DNA of 64,000 nt from Mytilus californianus (taxonomy: Eukaryota). The DNA is taken from contig NW_026262581.1 of the NCBI RefSeq assembly GCF_021869535.1, forward strand, positions 137,826,001-137,890,000. The letters run 5' to 3'. A program made the translations under genes and the position numbers. Each line of letters opens with the position of its first letter. Position 1 is the first letter of the stretch. The notes below the pieces were generated by a model. That model was not told the origin of the DNA and did no database searches. It saw nothing but the letters and a program-made list of their open reading frames with translations. Below are positions 50,301 to 63,112 of the stretch, in pieces.

Positions 50301-53300
50301 AGACGAGATACAACTCAATTCATCTCAGGAATTCACTGCCAGTAGAAATGCTTCTTTAACAGAGGTAAGATACAGCTTAATACTACTCAGTACACAATGA
50401 GGGATAAAAAATTTCTCAGAATAATCTCTATATGGGGAATCACTGGAATGAGAGATTCCTTATCACTTGTTTCAAGGATCAATTCAATAATTGCTGGAAA
50501 CTGTGTATTAATTTTCATCTAGTTATGTATAAAAGTTTTCATATGTATTTCCAAAGTACTATTGAAAACAAATAGTTTTGGTTTTATTTAAAAATAAAAA
50601 TCAAGTATGATGATCATGATTATATAAATGCTCTTTCCCAAGTTTTTTTTCACATTTCACAGGAATCACATTGTTAGTCTGTCTATCTGTTACTCTTACA
50701 AACTCTTACTAAACAGCTTGATTGGTATTGATGAAACTTGGCACAATTGTAGAACACAACCTGAGAATATGCATGATGAACTGTAATCCAGGTCCTACAT
50801 GTCAAAGGGGAGATAATCAATCTTTTTTGCTTCTATTTTTCAATACGTGGTAATTGTCTGTTGTAAGTGCATCTTATCATAAATGGCTGTACAGATATTT
50901 GAAACTTAACACTACCTGTGAATTTGGATAATGAAATAAAAATACAGTTCAACATACTAAAGGGGAGATAATCCAATTTTGCATGGCAGAGGTATTGTTT
51001 TTGTAAGTTCACTCCCAGCTCTAATTTTAATCACCTGTCTGAGGGATGTCTGGATGTGAGATGCAACAAGTAATGGGAGAAAGAATTAATGAAGTTCTGT
51101 TTTAATTTTGTATATTTATATATATATCTTTTTACAGTCGTATGTGAGGATGGTTCTCCAGTCTTATTTAGAATTATTGGTGAACACTAGATCTGAGTTA
51201 GCTCTAGCTCGAGTTCTGAATGTCCCTAACAGAGAACTTACACATGAAGCATTTACAGAGCTTAAACGAGAGGCAAAGATGAAAAATATGACAATGTATC
51301 AGGTATATCAACTTCTATGTAATTATCTTGGACAACTCTTTTCGATCAGTCAACGAATGTCAGTAGAAAGAATTTCATTCCTTTGAAGCACAATTATTAA
51401 AACCCCACACATAGAACCTTAAATCTCAGAAACCCGTGATGGCATCATCACTATGTTTATCTTAATGATATTTACCCTTTACAACAATCTTACACAAGGC
51501 CACATCTTTCAATACAATTTTCGTCAGTGACCTTTATCTTTGTTAAGTATTCAACATTTATGTACAAAAATTATATTACACATTAAACAAGAATATTCAC
51601 AAAACAATGGTTAAATGTATAATGTCATATACCATCAACATAATAATCAAATATTGAATGCAATGACACTTCAGTCTCTTGCACAAGTATATTATCCTTT
51701 ATATTATCTCATGCATCTTATACCACACAAATATTCATACAGGTAAGTTATATAATGTTTTTAAGTGTATTTAAATAGTCTGATAAGATCAAAATTAATG
51801 TTTATATTTTTAAGTGAATTCCTTCGTTTGAAGATACAATATCATATATATATATTACAAGAAATTGACAATGACCATGTGAGCTTATGCCATCACTTGG
51901 CGTCCGTCGTCGTAAACTATTTCAAAAATCTTCTCCTCTGAAACTACTGGGCCAAATACCTTCAAACTTTAACTGAATATTCCTTAGTGTATCTTGTTTA
52001 TAAATTGTATCCAAAGTTTTGATCCATCAACAAACATGGCCGCCATGGCTGAAAATAGAACATAGGGGTCAAATGCAGTTTTTGGCTTCTATCTCAAAAA
52101 CTAAAGCATTTAGAGCAAATCTGAGAGAGATAAAAATGTTCAATAGGTCATGATCTATCAGTCCTGAAATTTTAAGAAGCATCGAACAACCCATTGTTGG
52201 GTTGCTGCCACTAAATTGGTAATTTTAAGGAAATTTTGCAGTTTTTGGTTATTATCTTGATTATTATTGAAGATAAAGATAAACTGTAAACAGCAAAAAT
52301 GTTCGGCAAAGTAAGATCTACAAAAAAGTTAATATGACCAAAATTGTCAATTGACCCCTTTAGGAGTTATTGCCCTTTACACAATTTGTTCATCATGTTT
52401 GCTAACATTTAAAAATCTTCTCCTCTGAAACTACTGGGCCTAATACTTCTAAACTTTAACTGAATGTTCCTTAGGGTAACCGGTATATAAATTGTATCCG
52501 AAGTTTTGATCCATTAACAAACATGGCCGCCATGGCTAAAAATAGAACATAGGGGTCAAATGCAGTTTTTGGCTTATCTCAAAAACTATAGCAGTTAGAG
52601 CAAAAGTGACATGGAGTTAAAGTGATGAAAAAGTCAAAATCTATCTGCTTTGAAATTTTCAGACCAATTGGACCACCTATTGTAGGGTTACTGTCCAAAA
52701 TAGCTTATTTTTATGAAATTTTACTGTTTTTGGTTATTATCTTAAATATTATAATAGATAGATAGAAAGTGTAAATGGTAAAAATATTTAGCTAAATAGG
52801 ATCTACAAATAAGTCAAATGATCAAAATAGTCAATTGACTCCTTAAGGAGTTATTGCCCTTAAAAAGTTTTTTTTTTTACATTTTTTGTGAGTCTAATTA
52901 CTTTTTCAAAAATTTTCTTCTCTGAAACTTCTTGGCCAAATACTGAATGTTCCTTAGGGTATCTAGTTTATAGATTGTATTCTTGGATTTGATGCATTCA
53001 AAAATATGGCGGCAGTTTAAAAATAGAACATAGGGGTCAAATGAAGTTTTTGGCTTTCATCTCAAAAACTAAGGGGCCTCGGTGACCAAGTGGTCTAAGT
53101 AGTTCTACTACTGTAATCACTAGCCGGTCAACACTGAGTTTGTGAGTCGAACCCTGCTCGTGCTGGTGCACTTGACTCCAATCTTAATTGACTAGGATTG
53201 TCAGTTTTCTATCAAAGGTTGGTGGTTTTCTCCGGGCACTCCGCCTTCCTCCACCGTTAAAAACTGGCCACCACAAAATAGCCCAAAAGTGGTGCTTAAA

Positions 53301-56300
53301 AGTGGCATTAAAACACCAACAATCAATCTCAAAAACTAAAGCAGTAAGAGCAAAACTGACATAGATGAAAGTGTTAAACAGGTTTAGATCTACCTGTCAA
53401 GTAATCTTCAGACCATTAGGACAACTTATTGTTCGGTTACTGTCTAGAAATAGTTAATTTTTAGGAACTTTTACAGTTTTGGGTTATGTATTATCTTTAA
53501 TATTATTAAAGAAAGAGAGAAAGTGTAAATGACAAAATTGTTCAGCAAAGTAAGATCTACAAATAAGTCAAATGCCTGAAACGGAAATTACAGGTGAGCG
53601 ATATCAGGCTCTCATGAGCCTCTTGTTTACATATAGCTCCATAGTTTTAATAGATTCACATAATTAAAAACACTCATGCACTCATTCATGAAAACTGAAA
53701 CAAGACCATGAAGATAACGTTATGTATTAATTTAAAATCTCATTTAAATTGTACATATTGTTATTTGATTGTTTGCATGTAGCATCTCCTGAAATGACAT
53801 TATTTCATCTTGCATTTCTGTCTGTTGATCAACAAATACAAATACAAATGATTTATTACATTATAACCTGTAGTTAACTAGACACAACAACAAAACAAAA
53901 AAGCAATGAAGGAGATGAAAAAAGTTTGTAATATGGGATGTTTTATATAAGTTAACGTAGGAATTATAATTTATCCTATTGTAACTTGTATGTATGTATG
54001 TTTTTGTGATTGACTTTTGTAGACGGCAGTATCATATATATTGAAGATAAGATTAGGAGGTAAAGGCTATGCCCCTGACCCTAGTCATCCATTGTTACAG
54101 TTTGTCAAAGGGTTGGGAGAATTTGTTGATCTGATGCATAAGTTACAGAATGTTATTGAAGAGGAATCAAATACAAGGTTAGATATAATGTTTAATTTAG
54201 GATAGGAAAGGTCAAATACAAGGTTAGATATAATGTTTAATTTAGGATAGGATAGGTCAAATACAAGGTTAGATATAATGTTTAATTTAGGATAGGATAG
54301 GTCAAATACAAGGTTAGATATAATGTTTAATTTAGGATAGGAAAGGTCAAATACATGGTTAGATATAAAGTTTAATTTAGGATAGGATAGGTCAAATACA
54401 AGGTTAGATATAATGTTTAATTTAGGATAGGAAAGGTTCAAATACAAGGTTAGATATAATGTTTAATTTAGGATAGGAAAGGTCAAATACAGGGTTGGAT
54501 ATAATGTTTAATTTAGGATAGGAAAGGTTCAAATACAAGGTTAGATATAATGTTTAATTTAGGATAGGAAAGGTCAAATACAAGGCTAGATATAATGTTT
54601 AATTTAGGATAGGATAGGTCAAATACAAGGTTAGATATAATGTTTAATTTAGGAAAGGAAAGGTCAAATACAAGGTTAGATATAATGTTTAATTTAGGAT
54701 AGGAAAGGTCAAATACAAGGCTAGATATAATGTTCAATTTAGGATAGGATAGGTCAAATACAAGCATTGACAAGGCTAGATATAATGTTTAATTTAGGAT
54801 AGGAAAGGTCAAATACAAGGCTAGATATAATGTTCAATTTAGGATAGGAAAGGTCAAATACAAGGCTAGATATAATGTTTAATTTAGGATAGGAAAGGTC
54901 AAATACAAGGTTAGATATAGTGTTTAATTTAGGATAGGAAAGGTCAAATACAAGGTTAGATATACTGTTTAATTTAGGATAGGAAAGGTCAAATACAAGG
55001 CTAGATATAATGTTCAATTAAGGATAGGAAAGGTCAAATACAAGGCTAGATATAATGTTCAATTTAGGATAGGATAGGTAAAATACAAGGTTAGATATAA
55101 TGTTTAAATACAAGGCTAGATATAATGTTTAATTTAGGATAGGAAAGGTCAAATACAAGGTTAGATATAATGTTTAATTTAGGATAGGATAGGTCAAATA
55201 CAAGGTTAGATATAATGTTTAATTTAGGATAGGATAGGTCAAATACAAGGCTAGATATAATGTTTAATTTAGGATAGGATAGGGCAAATACAAGGTGAGA
55301 TTATAATGTTTAATTTAGGATAGGATAGGTCAAATACAAGGTTAGATTATAATGTTTAATTTAGGATAGGATAGGTCAAATACAAGGCTAGATATAATGT
55401 TTAATTTAGGATAGGATAGGTCAAATACAAGGCTAGATATAATGTTTAATTTAGGATAGGAAAGGTCAAATACAAGGCTAGATATAATGTTTAATTTAGG
55501 ATAGGATAGGTCAAATACAAGGTTAGATATAATGTTTAATTTAGGATAGGATAGGTCAAATACAAGGCTAGATATAATGTTTAATTTAGGATAGGATAGG
55601 GCAAATACAAGGTTAGATTATTATGTTTAATTTAGGATGGGATAGGTCAAATACAAGGTTAGATTATTATGTTTAATTTAGGATAGGAAAGGTCAAATAC
55701 AAGGCTAGAAATAATGATTAATATAGGACAGGAAAGGTCAAATATGAGGCTGGATATAATGTTTAATTTAGGATAGGAAAGGTCAAATACAAGGTTAGAT
55801 ATAATGTTTAATTTAGGATAGGATAGGTCAAATACAAGGCTAGATATAATGTACAATTAAGGATAGGATAGGTCAAATACAAGGTTAGATATAATGTTTA
55901 ATTTAGGATAGGAAAGGTCAAATACAAGGTTAGATATAATGTTAAATTTAGGATAGGATAGGTCAAATACAAGGTTAGATATAATGTTTAATTTAGGATA
56001 GGAAAGGTCAAATACAAGGCTAGATATAATGTTTAATTTAGGATAGGAAAGGTCAAATACAAGGCTAGATATAATGTTCAATTTAGGATAGGAAAGGTCA
56101 AATACAAGGCTAGATATAATGTTTAATTTAGGATAGGAAAGGTCAAATACAAGGTTAGATATAGTGTTTAATTTAGGATAGGAAAGGTCAAATACAAGGT
56201 TAGATATACTGTTTAATTTAGGATAGGAAAGGTCAAATACAAGGCTAGATATAATGTTCAATTAAGGATAGGAAAGGTCAAATACAAGGCTAGATATAAT

Positions 56301-59300
56301 GTTCAATTTAGGATAGGATAGGTAAAATACAAGGTTAGATATAATGTTTAAATACAAGGCTAGATATAATGTTTAATTTAGGATAGGAAAGGTCAAATAC
56401 AAGGTTAGATATAATGTTTAATTTAGGATAGGATAGGTCAAATACAAGGTTAGATATAATGTTTAATTTAGGATAGGATAGGTCAAATACAAGGCTAGAT
56501 ATAATGTTTAATTTAGGATAGGATAGGGCAAATACAAGGTGAGATTATAATGTTTAATTTAGGATAGGATAGGTCAAATACAAGGTTAGATTATAATGTT
56601 TAATTTAGGATAGGATAGGTCAAATACAAGGCTAGATATAATGTTTAATTTAGGATAGGATAGGTCAAATACAAGGCTAGATATAATGTTTAATTTAGGA
56701 TAGGAAAGGTCAAATACAAGGCTAGATATAATGTTTAATTTAGGATAGGATAGGTCAAATACAAGGTTAGATATAATGTTTAATTTAGGATAGGATAGGT
56801 CAAATACAAGGCTAGATATAATGTTTAATTTAGGATAGGATAGGGCAAATACAAGGTTAGATTATTATGTTTAATTTAGGATAGGATAGGTCAAATACAA
56901 GGTTAGATTATTATGTTTAATTTAGGATAGGAAAGGTCAAATACAGGGCTAGAAATAATGATTAATATAGGACAGGAAAGGTCAAATATGAGGCTGGATA
57001 TAATGTTTAATTTAGGATAGGAAAGGTCAAATACAAGGTTAGATATAATGTTTAATTTAGGATAGGATAGGTCAAATACAAGGCTAGATATAATGTACAA
57101 TTAAGGATAGGATAGGTCAAATACAAGGTTAGATATAATGTTTAATTTAGGATAGGAAAGGTCAAATACAAGGTTAGATATAATGTTAAATTTAGGATAG
57201 GATAGGTCAAATACAAGGTTAGATATAATGTTTAAGATCAAATACAAGGTTAGATTATAATGTTTAATTTAAGGTAGGATAGGTCAAATACAAGGTTTTA
57301 TATTGCAACTAGTTGTGTTTATTTCCTAAATATAGTAACATATCTATATTTTGTCCAATGTCTACCCACAATCAGGGGTTCATTTAGGGATGAAAACCTC
57401 GCCCTTCCCCAGTTTCTCAGCCTCATACCAAAAAGTTTATATTTTTCTGACATTGACCAATATTGTATATAAATATAATGTTTAATTTACGGTAAGATAG
57501 GTCAATTTTTGGAAAAAAGGTACATCAAATTTGAAGTTTGGGAAAAATGTGTAATCACATATTTACAGAATTTTCTGTTGAATTAAAAGTACTTTTTCCC
57601 ATTTATATAATAACAATTTATGATCTTAAAAGCTATTTTGAATGCACAGTTATTTTGATGGAATATTCTCTATAGTAGCCCAACAGCATTCTGGTTAAAC
57701 AATGTGTTCCTTCAGTGTGATGCCATATGCCATAGTCACATTTTTGATATTTTATTACAATACAAAATAAGAATTTTGCAAACAGGGAAACCCCATTTTC
57801 ACTGTTTGATCTGTATATTATGAAATGTAATTAGTTGTTGATGGTGGTCGAAACTTATCTTTAATAGTGAATGTTTTTTTCTCTTAACCTCATCTCACTC
57901 TCTACAGGTCAGCTTGTCGTAAAGTTGTTAATATCATAAAGAAAGAACTGCTGAGATCAACAGATACTAAGTTACGACAAAGTAGTATAGAGACCGTCAG
58001 TGAAAGTTTACAACAACAGATTAAAATGGTTATTGACCAGACAGAGAGGAACAAGATGTCTAGTCCAGATAAAGTAAGAATATACATAAGATCCACAGAC
58101 CAGAACACATATTGCCCCTCTACTATTGTAGACGAAGCATAGAAGTGAAACCTATTATAGAATGATAGATATTTAATTTGGCATTAAAATCCAGAAATAC
58201 AAAACAAATACCAGTCAATGTTGTTGAACATGATAACCATGTTAAACAGCAGATTGACATAATAAAAAAACCTATGAAAGATATAAATGTTTCTTAACAA
58301 AAATGAAATTAAAAGCTAAATTAACAATTTAAGCACTGAAACAAAATTATTTTGAGAAAGTATAATGCAAAAAAAAAAAATCTGGCAATACATAGTGTAT
58401 GAAAAGTTACCTAGTATCGAGAGTAAGTCTGAAATTTGGACCTGGCAGACTATACTCTTCTCAAAAGATTATAGGGCAAATGTTAGGAACTTGGACAGTC
58501 AGAATGGCACTGTTAACATTCCAAACAACAACCTAGATACTCCAATCCTACCATTGGGACATCCTTAAAAATATTGGCAGCAATTCCCCTGCACAAAGCA
58601 ATAATGATATCTCCCCTTCCCATTCTCCCTAGGGTATGAATAGATGTGTAAAAAGAGTTTATTATACTGTAGTATTAGAAACAAATCTTTGATTTTGAAC
58701 AGGACCTGGAGTTCTATCAATGCAACTTAAGGATGTACTTAGGTGAAATTTAAAAAATCTAGAATTTGAAATTGATACTATAAGTCAGAAGAGCATTAGT
58801 TAAGAAACAAAATAAGCTAAAAATATTGATAGCTTATGGAGCGCCTTTTCGAGATATTTAATTTTAAAAAATGGCGGGAAAAGGCTGACTCGGACTTTTA
58901 CCTTATATTTGTATTGGTATTATTTGGGTCTCAAATCGAAAGAAAAGAAATCCAGAATCTGCTTAAATTTTGGCTAATGACGTTATGAGCTATTGAATTC
59001 TTATACGAAAAGAAAAAATGTTATGGGGCAAAATATTTTACCCTGTATCGTAGGAAAAAAACCAAGGAGTCTGAACATCTGACAAAAATTCCTAAACCTG
59101 AACTAAGTACATCCTTATTTACTTTTACATTAAAGTATTCTTCAGTAGATCTCAGCTGTCTGAGTGTCACAGCCTCAAGAGCTATCTATGGGAGAAACAA
59201 CTTTTTTTTTAATGTAAACCCTCCCCCTTTTTTTGGATGCTCTCTGGTTGCTGACAGATTGGCAGGCTCTTTTCAGCTGAATTGAAGTACAACTTGATTC

Positions 59301-62300
59301 AAAATGTACAAAACAATACAAAGTAATTCTTAACTTTACTACTTTGAAGGAGCAGTTGAGAATAAAAAATTGTGTTTCTTCATGATCAAATCATAATTAT
59401 GATGAGCATGTGTGTCAATCTTGAAGTCTGAATTAGAAGACAATGAAATCGTCGTTGCAAACATGTGTCGAGTACAATGTAAACAAGAAGCAATAAAGTG
59501 CAAAAACTAAACGTAATATTATAACTTCAAACTCCCTAGTAATATCTAATAGTAAAAGATTTAAGAATACCAGTGCAGCACTCAAAGTACACTTTTTTTA
59601 ATTGCCAGCTGAACCGGCCAGAAATTGTATTGACCAGGCTAGTACATAATGAAAACACTGCTTATATTGCCATGCTTAGTTATTGATGTAGTTAGACTAT
59701 TTGAGGAAAATAATGAATACACCAGGTGAAATCAGTTTTATCTTCAGTCTGTCAGTAACGTAAGTTTAGGAGAGAAGACATTGACATTGTTGAATTACAG
59801 AATATTTCTTTATTATTTTCAGTCTGTCAGTAATGGTGGAAGTCTGTTGGGAAGGAAAACATTGACAGCTTTACGTTACATAACAGACAAGATACTAACA
59901 CAACAGGACCAGTGTCAGTCAATTGATTATTTGTGTGACGGTTTCTCTAGTCAGAAAACACCCATTAGATTTCCTTCACTGTTATCACAATTCAGGTTTG
60001 TATACTATTTGACACCTGTTCCAAAATTTATAAGGGGGGATTGGAGGTGCTCAAGTAAATTGAATATGGGTTGTTTCCATAGAATTTTGTAAGAATTATA
60101 AATAAAACAAAAATTAACAGGAACTGATATCTGTCATTTGACCTCCAGATTGGAATAAAAGCTTGTACTTTTTTTTTAACATGAGTTAAGCTCATATTTA
60201 TGGATATATTATCAAATGAGAAAATAAATGATCATTTTGAATTTATTGATAGATCTCCTGATGAAGAAAATGGTGATGATGCTGAAGAGAATTCTGACCT
60301 CAGTTTATCACTCTCAGAAAGATTATTGAAAAGACAATCTGGGGTATGCATACAGTATTTTTTTATATAAAAATAAGGAGGTGCAGTCTCTTTAATCATT
60401 CTGTGAACATTCAGTATAAATCTAGACTATTAATAATTGTTTTGACTAGGTATGGTGAAACAATCAACCAACATCAATCAACATCAGTTTATTCTGTTCA
60501 CACAATGATAATCTTGATGAAAAGACATGTATGAACACAGTCAAAATGGCATGGCAACTCATTACATGTAGACACACCTTTTGTTATTAAACACATGAAT
60601 ATACTACACTGACATATTGTTTAGAGTAATTTTTGTTGAGTCTGCGACAAAAGTCATGGAAGTGAGACATACCGATTCTATATTCCTTTACCAGCATTGT
60701 CAACATTTAGGTTTAGTCTGTGATTCAAGACTTTTTTTCAGAATCAAAAACATTGTAAAACCCAAATAGAATTTTATGAAACTTGGATAGAAGCTTTTTC
60801 ATGATCATAAGACCATGTCCAAAGCAACATTTTGAAAAACAAAATTGGCAGAAGCTTTTTCATGATCAAGAAAAGTCTGAAGCAAAATATTGAGAATTTT
60901 TTTTCCATCTATTCATTATCGTTTCCATGACATTACAATTTTTAGACATGATAACTTAGTACAACTTCATGGATTGTTATGAAACTTGGACAGAAACTAA
61001 TCCTCAAGTTCAAGAAATAGAATCTAAAGAAAAAGTTTGATTTTGTTTTTAATCCTGTATTTTACTGACATGAACTCACTTTCTACAGTCAACATTAAAT
61101 TTACAATTTTACACTTACAGCAGCTATTGCAGGCCAGACCCCGAGTTCAGCAAAACCCTTGACAAATTTTTATTTTCATAATGATGCGACGGATTTGGCA
61201 ACTTTTGAGCATTTCTAAATTTTGAAACTGAGCATCCTTATCAAATTTAACCCCTGATTTGACAAAGGACATGATAAAAGGAAAACATCTAGAAATTGGT
61301 GATATTTGAACAGACTAAAAAAATCTGTTAACATTAGAAAATGGAGATTTTAATGAAAAAGGTGTGTATTTACTTTTGCAAAGGATTCTTATTTTTTCTG
61401 CATAATAATTAATATATGTTTTGACTTATTCCTTTTGAAAACAGGTTTCCTTGGAGACAACAAGATCATACCAAGCCTCCTATGACTGGGCTTTACCAGC
61501 CCATCATGTAGGTTTACCAAACAAAGATGACATCTGTCCAACAAATAGTCCAGTTGTAGTCCTACCAAGGTATTTAATTTCACTATTGTTTTATACACAC
61601 AACAGCACTGCATGTATAAGGTAGTTATGGTCAACATCAAACATAATCGTTATTAAATCAACTGTTTAATATATATGCTAAATTAGAGTTTTTACCAAAA
61701 TTTCATGGTTCACTAAACATGGAAATGTTATAGTGCAAGCAGGCATTAGAAGGGCATGAAAAAAGCATTTAAATTGTTTATACAAAATTGAAGATATGGG
61801 AATATCGTAAAAACTTGTCTAAGTTAAATTGATTCCTCTAAAAATTTATCTACCAATGAAGACGAACTGTTAATCAAATGGTTGGTAAATGTTGGCAAAT
61901 TAAAATAATTGATAAAGCAGTAGAAGTTAAAGAAACTTGTAACAAAGGTCAACTGCTTTATCTATACAACAAGCTAAAATATAAACCTTTTTACACATAA
62001 TTAATTAGAATCTCTTGATATTTTTCAGTAAAACTTTGGCTCATCCTGCTTCAGCATCTAAGGCAGGCTTAGCAAAGAAGATTTTAGAATCCATCTGTGA
62101 TCAGGAAAATATACAGAAATTACAAATTACAAAGACTTTTGGTGAAACATGTAAATCCAAGTCTGTAGATGTGGTATCTAGTCAAACAACAATGGAACTC
62201 TCTAGTCAGACATCTGATGAAACAAAGGGAAATGTAGAGAAAGGGGGAAAGAAACGAAAAAACAATGAATCAAATGCTCCAGCAAAGAAAAAGTCCAAAA

Positions 62301-62380
62301 CAGAAACAAAGTCTTGTCGAAGAAAGTTACTACCACAGGTGAAAGGTCAACAACAGTTGTCTACATTTTTCCGGGTGTAA
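44115..62380 (+). CDS. PARPBP: PCNA-interacting partner (PARI / PARP1-binding protein), about 632 aa
   Basis: Exons 44115-44154 (tentative), 47905-48080, 49175-49456, 50191-50364, 51138-51302, 54023-54177, 57908-58073, 59823-59995, 60253-60343, 61445-61569, 62029-62380, GT-AG and phase-consistent. Recognised from recall of vertebrate PARI: AVQLCLAEKNKQ, SYLELLVNTRSELALARVLNVPNR, EAFTELK, LGGKGYAPDPSHPL...VKGL, SLLSQFRSP and terminal PIP box QQQLSTFFRV*. Confidence 0.9.
44303..44489 (-). pseudogene. TatD-like amidohydrolase-fold nuclease fragment, frameshifted by a (TA)n expansion
   Basis: KVFAVGECGI...KQINFFEKQINIAVKKDLP, then a 34-nt (TA)n/TACATG insert (44324-44357), then IVIHCRG. Confidence 0.72.
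45826..46658. repeat. 43-bp minisatellite, about 19 copies, in PARPBP intron 1
   Basis: Unit TATCTGATACTAATATTCTGTGTTATCATACATGTATCAACAG; two units carry a 5-bp CATGA insertion. Confidence 0.95.
47045..47769. mobile_element. Non-autonomous pogo/Tigger-like (Tc1/mariner superfamily) element
   Basis: Imperfect TIRs (T)AGTGAAACTTCTCTAAACCGG and CCGGTTTTGAGGAGTTTCACTG followed by TA; internal AACCGGCCACC repeats. Confidence 0.65.
50660..51000 (+). mobile_element. Old HINE-like remnant
   Basis: ATGAAACTTGGCACA and two AAAGGGGAGATAATC motifs about 155 bp apart. Confidence 0.4.
51873..53627 (+). mobile_element. HINE-like element (same family as 39773-41581), 5'-eroded, about three 500-bp units, with a nested SINE
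   Basis: GTGAGCTTATGCCATCACTTGGCGTCCGTCGTCG start, AAAAATCTTCTCCTCTGAAACTACTGGGCC units, 3' CAGGTGAGCG...AGGCTC-TCAT-GAGCCT end. Confidence 0.85.
53073..53325 (+). mobile_element. tRNA-derived SINE with a conserved central domain and 14-bp TSD
   Basis: A box TGACCAAGTGG, B box GAGTCGAACCC, central GGTGGTTTTCTCCGGGCACTCCGCCTTCCTCCACC, (CAAT)n-like tail, TSD ATCTCAAAAACTAA at 53059-53072 and 53326-53339. Confidence 0.88.
54167..57300. repeat. 45-bp satellite, about 70 copies, built from the PARPBP exon6/intron6 junction
   Basis: Unit TCAAATACAAG|GYTAGATATAATGTTTAATTTAGGATAGGAWAGG; the first unit begins in the last 11 nt of exon 6 (ends 54177). Confidence 0.95.
58731..59114. mobile_element. 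Non-autonomous Kolobok-like DNA transposon, 384 bp
   Basis: 12-bp TIR GGATGTACTTAG / CTAAGTACATCC with RR termini, TTAA on the left and TTAT on the right. Confidence 0.6.
60640..61080 (+). mobile_element. Old HINE-like remnant
   Basis: TTTTGTTGAGTCTGCGACAAAAGTC start and repeated ATGAAACTTGGA.AGAA motifs. Confidence 0.35.
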
Positions 62381-63112
62381 TTATTCCAATAATATTACCA
62401 GAATTTAAAATATCAGTTTTTTAAAGTTTTAATGCCATATTTGTTTTAGATTTGATATTAATTATTTACAAGATATTCAAGCATAACTAGTCTTTCTGTG
62501 TATTAATTATTTGTAAAAAAATTTTGTATATGTAAATGTGTAAATTACTTATTTATTTTTTAAAGTTTGAAACAAATGCATATTATTTTTAGACAAACGT
62601 GTCTGATATAGTAAATCTAATGAGCTTATATTCTGTTTCATATATTTCAATTCAAATTGAACATTGTAGATTCCAGTGTAGTCTACATCTAGATATATCA
62701 TAAGAACACCAGTCTATTGGGACGACTATACATTGATATCTTAATTTCATTAGATTTTTTCGGATTATACCCCCTGATTTCTGATCATGATATACTTTTG
62801 CGGTTCTTATTTCATTTCATCCATCTGAATGATTTTTTGTTTATCTTTGCCATGACATGGACTCTGTCATATCTGCACTGTACAGTACTAATTTGTATCA
62901 GCTTCTCCTCAACCCTGAATCAGAATTACATAAACTTTCTCAGAATTTTGAATTGAAAGCAATCTTATTATTGTAAATGATATTATAGATAAAAAAAGGT
63001 TGTGTTGCTCATGATGTAATTTTAACTGAAAAATAAATAAAACAGGATAACTGAAATCAATTAAATGAAGAAATCAATGCCAAAAGAGTAGTCTGCCAAC
63101 TAAAAGTTATTT

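Noticed and set aside
54085-57100. Several minus-strand ORFs of repeated LSYPKLNIISNLVFD, superficially LRR-like
   Set aside because: Antisense translation of the 45-bp splice-donor satellite; no unique flanking domain.
12990-57300. Short regular repeats (26, 43, 45, 48 bp) as CRISPR arrays
   Set aside because: Head-to-tail with no unique spacers, no cas genes, and a spliced eukaryotic context.
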